Source of the DNA: an uncultured Planctomycetota bacterium
GTDB lineage: Bacteria; Planctomycetota; Phycisphaerae; Tepidisphaerales; Tepidisphaeraceae
DNA length: 64,000 nucleotides
Direction of reading: 5' to 3'
Assembly: GCA_963841915.1 (NCBI GenBank)
Contig: CAWJEN010000006.1
Span: 1,120,001-1,184,000 of the forward strand
Both the position numbers and the translations under genes were made by a program. The notes under the pieces are model-generated. The model saw nothing but the letters and a program-made list of their open reading frames with translations. It made no database searches and was not told the origin of the DNA. The first letter of the stretch is position 1. Each line of letters starts with the position of its first letter. Below, piece by piece: positions 59,863 through 64,000 of this stretch.

Positions 59863-59920
59863 GAGATCACGTGCCGCACCACCGGCGGCTCCTGACAGAC
59901 AGATACGATCCCGTTGACCC

Positions 59921-60874
59921 TCAGGCCACTGGGCGGCGACGCAGCATCAGCAGCGTAACCGGCAACGCCAGCACCAGCGTGCCCGGCTCCGGAATCACGT
60001 CGAACGCCGCCTGCGCCAGCAAAGCGTGGCCGGCCTGTGTCGGGTGAAAATCATCCCAGAACAGGTACTGATCGACGTTCGAGACGATCATCGACGTGTC
60101 GTACGAGCTGTCGCCAGGGCTCAGGCCCGGGGCGGCTTCGTCGGTCGTGTTGACCAGGTCGTAGCCGAACGGGTCGTTGATGAGGTCGTTGAACAGCCCG
60201 AACACGTCGAGCCGGAACAGCTCGATCCCCGGCCGCGACAGCTCCAGGTCGTCCAAAGCCGCGTCCAGAGCACCGTTGAACGCGACCGTCAACGCCGACT
60301 TCGCCGACGGATTGTCGTTGTAGCGAGGCGTCAGGCCGATGTCGGGCAGGTTCGGCGTCAGGAACGAACGGCCGCCCGCGTCGTAGAGCCGGCCGATGTC
60401 GCTGGCAATGCTTTGTGCTGCCGCCATGACCTGACCCGACGTCGTCGACCCGGCGATGTCGTTGCCACCGGCGAAGACGACGAACAGCGTCTCTGCGTCG
60501 ATGGCAACGGTGCTGCCCAGGAAGTCGTCCACCTGATCGTCAATGTCGTCGACCACCAGGTTCGTCGGGAAGCCGGTTCCGCTAGACAGTGCCCCGCCGT
60601 ACGCCCAGACATCACCGCCTGAGAGGCTGTTGACCGCTGGTCCCAAGCCAAGCTGTGCCGAGAGGACGTCGACGTAGTTGGGCCCGTTGGAGAAGCGGCC
60701 GTCGGCGTAGAACGGCCCGGGCGTCGTCGGGACGAGCGGAATCGACGACGTCACCTGCTCGACGTTGCCGACGTCGCTGAGGCTGTCACCGAAGACGACG
60801 AGGCCGTCGAAGGCGGTCGCCGCGGCAGTGGTCAGGAGCAAGGCCGGCCAGGCGGCAAGGGATATTCGCATCAT
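59921..60874 (-). CDS. SGNH/GDSL lipase-esterase with PEP-CTERM sorting signal
   Basis: Signal peptide, 'VFGDSLSDVGN', 'GRFSNG', 'GGND', 'FWDDFHP'; C-terminus 'IPEPGTLVLALPVTLLMLRRR'. Confidence 0.92.
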   Translation of the reverse strand: MMRISLAAWPALLLTTAAATAFDGLVVFGDSLSDVGNVEQVTSSIPLVPTTPGPFYADGRFSNGPNYVDVLSAQLGLGPAVNSLSGGDVWAYGGALSSGTGFPTNLVVDDIDDQVDDFLGSTVAIDAETLFVVFAGGNDIAGSTTSGQVMAAAQSIASDIGRLYDAGGRSFLTPNLPDIGLTPRYNDNPSAKSALTVAFNGALDAALDDLELSRPGIELFRLDVFGLFNDLINDPFGYDLVNTTDEAAPGLSPGDSSYDTSMIVSNVDQYLFWDDFHPTQAGHALLAQAAFDVIPEPGTLVLALPVTLLMLRRRPVA

Positions 60875-61028
60875 CTCAAGCGCAAGTGTGCCACGACCAC
60901 TGCCGCTTGTCACGAACCGTCGCGCATTTTCGCGTTGCGAGCCGCAGGCCGGATCCGGCTGGCAGGTGGTAGCGACTCGTACCCTTGCGGGCTTGCCCCG
61001 CTTCGGCGATGCTCCCGCCACCCCTGCC

Positions 61029-62835
61029 ATGACCGTTGCCGACGACCTGCCGACGATGCCTCTGACCCGGCCCCTGCTCCGCCAGCGGCTAGCCTCCAGC
61101 TTTGCCGGGGCCAGCACCTCGCACCTCGTCCTGGCCGGGGCCCTGCTGGTCTTTTTCGCCCTGTTCCTCGTCTGGCCGATCCTCAACGTCGTCACCGAGG
61201 GCTTCCGCCGACCCGGAGGCGGATTCACGCTCGAGTACCTCAAGCTCGTCCTGACCGACCCGGCGCTGGTCCGCGGGCTCGGCAATGCGGCCATGGTCGG
61301 CATCACGACCACCCTGCTCTGCCTCGTCATCGCCCTGCCCCTGGCGATCCTCAGCGTCAAGTTCGAGTTCCCCGGCCGGGCGTTGCTGGGCGGGCTGCTG
61401 CTGGTGCCGCTGGTGCTCCCGCCGTTCGTCGGGGCGGTCGGTTTGCGGACCGTCCTGGGCACCTTCGGGCCGCTCACCACCTTCGTCGGTTATCTCGGCT
61501 TCGACACCACCACGGGCATCGACTGGCTCGGCCAGTACCGCTTTGCAGGCGTCGTCGTCGTCGAGGCGATGCACCTCTACCCGATCCTGCTGCTCAACGT
61601 CCAGGCGGCCCTGGCCAACGTCGACCCGGCCATGGAGCAGGCGGCCCGGAACCTGGCGCAAGTCGTTGGACCGTCTTCCGTAAGGTCACGCTGCCCCTCA
61701 TCCGGCCGGGCATGTTCGCCGGGTGCACGCTCGTCCTCATCTGGAGCTTCACCGAGCTCGGCACGCCGCTCGTCTTCCAGTACCGCCAGGTCACGCCCGT
61801 CCAGATCTTCGAACGCATCGGTGAGGCCCAGGGCAACCCCGTCCCCTACGCACTCGTCGTCGTCATGCTGGCTGCCAGCGTGCTGCTCTACGCGATCGGT
61901 AAGCTCGTGCTGGGCCGTGGCTTTGACGCCGCCACCACCAAGGCCAGCACGCAGGCGACCACGATCAAGCTCACCGGTGGCCGGGCGCTGTTGGCCATGT
62001 CGCCCTTCGTCATCGTGTTCCTGCTGGCCGTCGTGCCGCACATCGCAGTCATCGTCACGAGCCTGACGTCGACGGGCACGTGGTACCAGTCGATCATCCC
62101 CCGCGAGCTGACGCTCTCGCACTACGACAGCGCCCTGGCCGACCCGCTGGTGATGGGCAGCGTCCGCAACAGCCTGCTGTATGCCTCTGCCGCCACAGCA
62201 GTTGCGATCGTTGTGGGCCTCAGCGTGGCCGTCGTCGTGGTCCGCAGCCGGGTGCCGGGTCGCGGGTTCATCGACGCCTTGGCCATGCTCCCGCTGGCGG
62301 TGCCGGGCCTGGTGCTGGCGTTCGGCTATCTCTCGATCAGCTACACGTTTGTGCGCTGGTTCCCTGAAGCCACCGCGCCCGGTGGGTCGCTCGTCTGGCT
62401 CAACGTGCTCGAGTTCCCGGTGATCCTACTGGTCATCGCCTACGCCGCCCGGAGGCTGCCCTACGTCGCCCGGGCTGCCGTCGCCGGGCTGCAGCAGACG
62501 CCCCGTGACCTGGAGCTGGCGGCCGCCAATCTGGCGCAAGTCGTTGGCGGGTACTGCGCCGCATCACGCTGCCGCTCATCCTGGCCAACCTCATCGCCGG
62601 TGGCCTGCTCGCCTTTGCCTTTGCCATGCTCGAGGTCAGCGACTCGCTCATCCTCGCCCAGCAGGGCGCGTACTACCCGATCACCAAGGCCATCTACGAG
62701 TTGACCACCCGCCTGGGCGACGGCATCTACGTCGCCAGCGCCCTGGGCGTCTGGACCATGCTCCTCCTGGCCCTGACCATCCTGTCGGCCAACGCGTTGC
62801 TGGCGAAGAAGATGGGCGCGATCTTCCGGATGTGA
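61029..62835 (+). CDS. Fe3+/thiamine-type ABC permease (two-domain, FbpB-like) with two apparent 1-bp deletions
   Basis: 'PLVLPPFVGA', EAA motifs 'MEQAARNL(G)ASRW' and 'LELAAANL(G)ASRW', 'PLAVPGLVLAFG'. The frame changes at about 61655 and 62533. Confidence 0.85.
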
Positions 62836-62883
62836 TGCGCAGCCGCCTATCGACCGCCACGCAACGCGTGAATTAACAACGTC

Positions 62884-63753
62884 TTAGATCGTTGCCGCCG
62901 TCCAGTAACCGCCGATGCGGTCGATGAACGCACCGGGCTTCTCGGCATACGCCCGTTCGCCCAACTCTTTGGCCAGCATCTGCTTAGACGACCGCTGAGC
63001 CTCGGCAGCGACGGCGCTTGCCTCGTCGCCGTGCTCGCGAGCCTTTGTGGCCAGTTCAGAGAGGTCGTGGTCATCACCCAACGCGCCCGTCAGCGCTTTG
63101 CCGAGTGACGCAAGCCCGCCCAGCAGGTTCGGTGCCGCCAGCCGCAGCAGCTCGGCCACGTAGCGCAAGTCCTTAGCCCGCTTACGCCAATCGTGCCACG
63201 CCTCGGCATCGCCGTCGCTTTTGAGGGCCTCGCCGAACGCCCGGCGACCGTCGCGGTAGATCCTCTTGATCCCGCCCTCCATCGCCGACCACCCGTCAGC
63301 CGACAACTGCCACGAGCGAGCGGCGGTGCGAATCCCCGCCAAGCGGGTTGCCGCGTCCGTAGCCGCATCGGCCAGGTCGAGCCCGACAAGCCCCTTGTGC
63401 CGAGCCTTGAGCACGTCACGGAGCCCGCCAGCGTCCGCCAGGGAGAGACCGTCGAGCGTCTGCACCGCCACCGCCGCCTCGCGGGCGTCGCCGAGCGTGT
63501 GACCGATCGACCGCAGCTCATCATTGGCCTCTGCCCGCGTCGGCTGACCGTCGGCATCCCTCAGGCTGTACCGCACCATCCGCAGCAGCGAGCGGACTTC
63601 TTTCATCCGTTTTCTGCTTTCATGAACGGCTTTATCCAAACCATTCTCGCCAGGCAAACGCAGACGCATTTCCGCATCCGACAACAATACATCAACAGTC
63701 CGCCGAACCTCGTCTGCCAATGGCGATGTCGGGTCCAGCGGCGAGCTGATCAT
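62884..63753 (-). CDS. CHAD domain protein (polyphosphate-binding)
   Basis: 'VHESRKRMKEVRSLL', 'LGDARE', 'WHDWRKRAKDLRY', 'LGDDHDL'. Confidence 0.88.
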   Translation of the reverse strand: MISSPLDPTSPLADEVRRTVDVLLSDAEMRLRLPGENGLDKAVHESRKRMKEVRSLLRMVRYSLRDADGQPTRAEANDELRSIGHTLGDAREAAVAVQTLDGLSLADAGGLRDVLKARHKGLVGLDLADAATDAATRLAGIRTAARSWQLSADGWSAMEGGIKRIYRDGRRAFGEALKSDGDAEAWHDWRKRAKDLRYVAELLRLAAPNLLGGLASLGKALTGALGDDHDLSELATKAREHGDEASAVAAEAQRSSKQMLAKELGERAYAEKPGAFIDRIGGYWTAATI

Positions 63754-63785
63754 GGGGTTCTCCTACAAAGCTGCATCAGTCGCCG

Positions 63786-64000
63786 TTACATCGGCGGGTC
63801 GTACGCCTTGAAGTACTGCACAAGGTTATCGAGCAACCGCCTGCCGAGGCGTTCGTAGCGGGGGAAGTGCTTTTCGGTCTCGCTGCGTAATTTGTCGACG
63901 GCCCCACTGCCAAACGCTGCGCCGACGGCGCCGCCGTGCTTTTTGAGTAGCGCCTCGATGCCGTCGCGGGTGAACTCGGGGTGATACGCCAAACCGTAGA
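63786..64000 (-). CDS. C-terminus of a probable class I glutamine amidotransferase (5'-truncated by the window edge)
   Basis: Frame is open to the window end; 'YGLAYHPE' resembles the GATase-I His-Pro-Glu motif (YGxQFHPE). Confidence 0.55.
   Translation of the reverse strand, partial: YGLAYHPEFTRDGIEALLKKHGGAVGAAFGSGAVDKLRSETEKHFPRYERLGRRLLDNLVQYFKAYDPPM

Noticed and set aside
60880..60893. TGGCACACTTGCGC upstream of the GDSL PEP-CTERM gene as a sigma-54 promoter
   Set aside because: GG-GC spacing is off by one base and the site is too close to the start codon.
1..64000. tRNA/rRNA genes, CRISPR arrays, transposases, prophage or known defence systems
   Set aside because: None recognised by eye; the palindromes are dispersed rather than regularly spaced arrays.

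Overview
GC-rich bacterial chromosomal window, most likely Planctomycetota (class Phycisphaerae, possibly Tepidisphaerales). This is inferred from a LEPRxLL extracellular protein, a planctomycete-type 'KYLVFDIEATKREN' small protein, 'PTTRP/PATQP' motifs and planctomycete-style palindromic repeats. Contents in order: pepF (partial) and trpF; an exosortase/EpsI/giant-TPR/Wzc envelope locus, with two PEP-CTERM substrates elsewhere in the window; ftsY, cdaR-cdaA and dut; two perfect parS palindromes (suggesting origin proximity); a 2,040-aa LEPRxLL surface protein; gatC-gatA; a Tad/Flp pilus cluster; a sugar ABC transporter; a translationally coupled pair of dynamin-like GTPases; crtI; an Fe3+-type ABC permease; a CHAD protein. 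The most unusual observation is a ~67-bp REP-like palindrome that occurs once intergenically and twice in-frame inside the intact crtI coding sequence. Both internal copies read in the same frame (RAPSVSxGS...PSRSxLA), as Rickettsia-type coding palindromic elements do. Several genes at 33.2-36.6 kb and 61.6-62.6 kb are broken by 1-bp indels, most plausibly long-read or assembly errors. No rRNA, tRNA, CRISPR array or transposase was recognised. All calls come from motif recognition by eye; no database searches were run.
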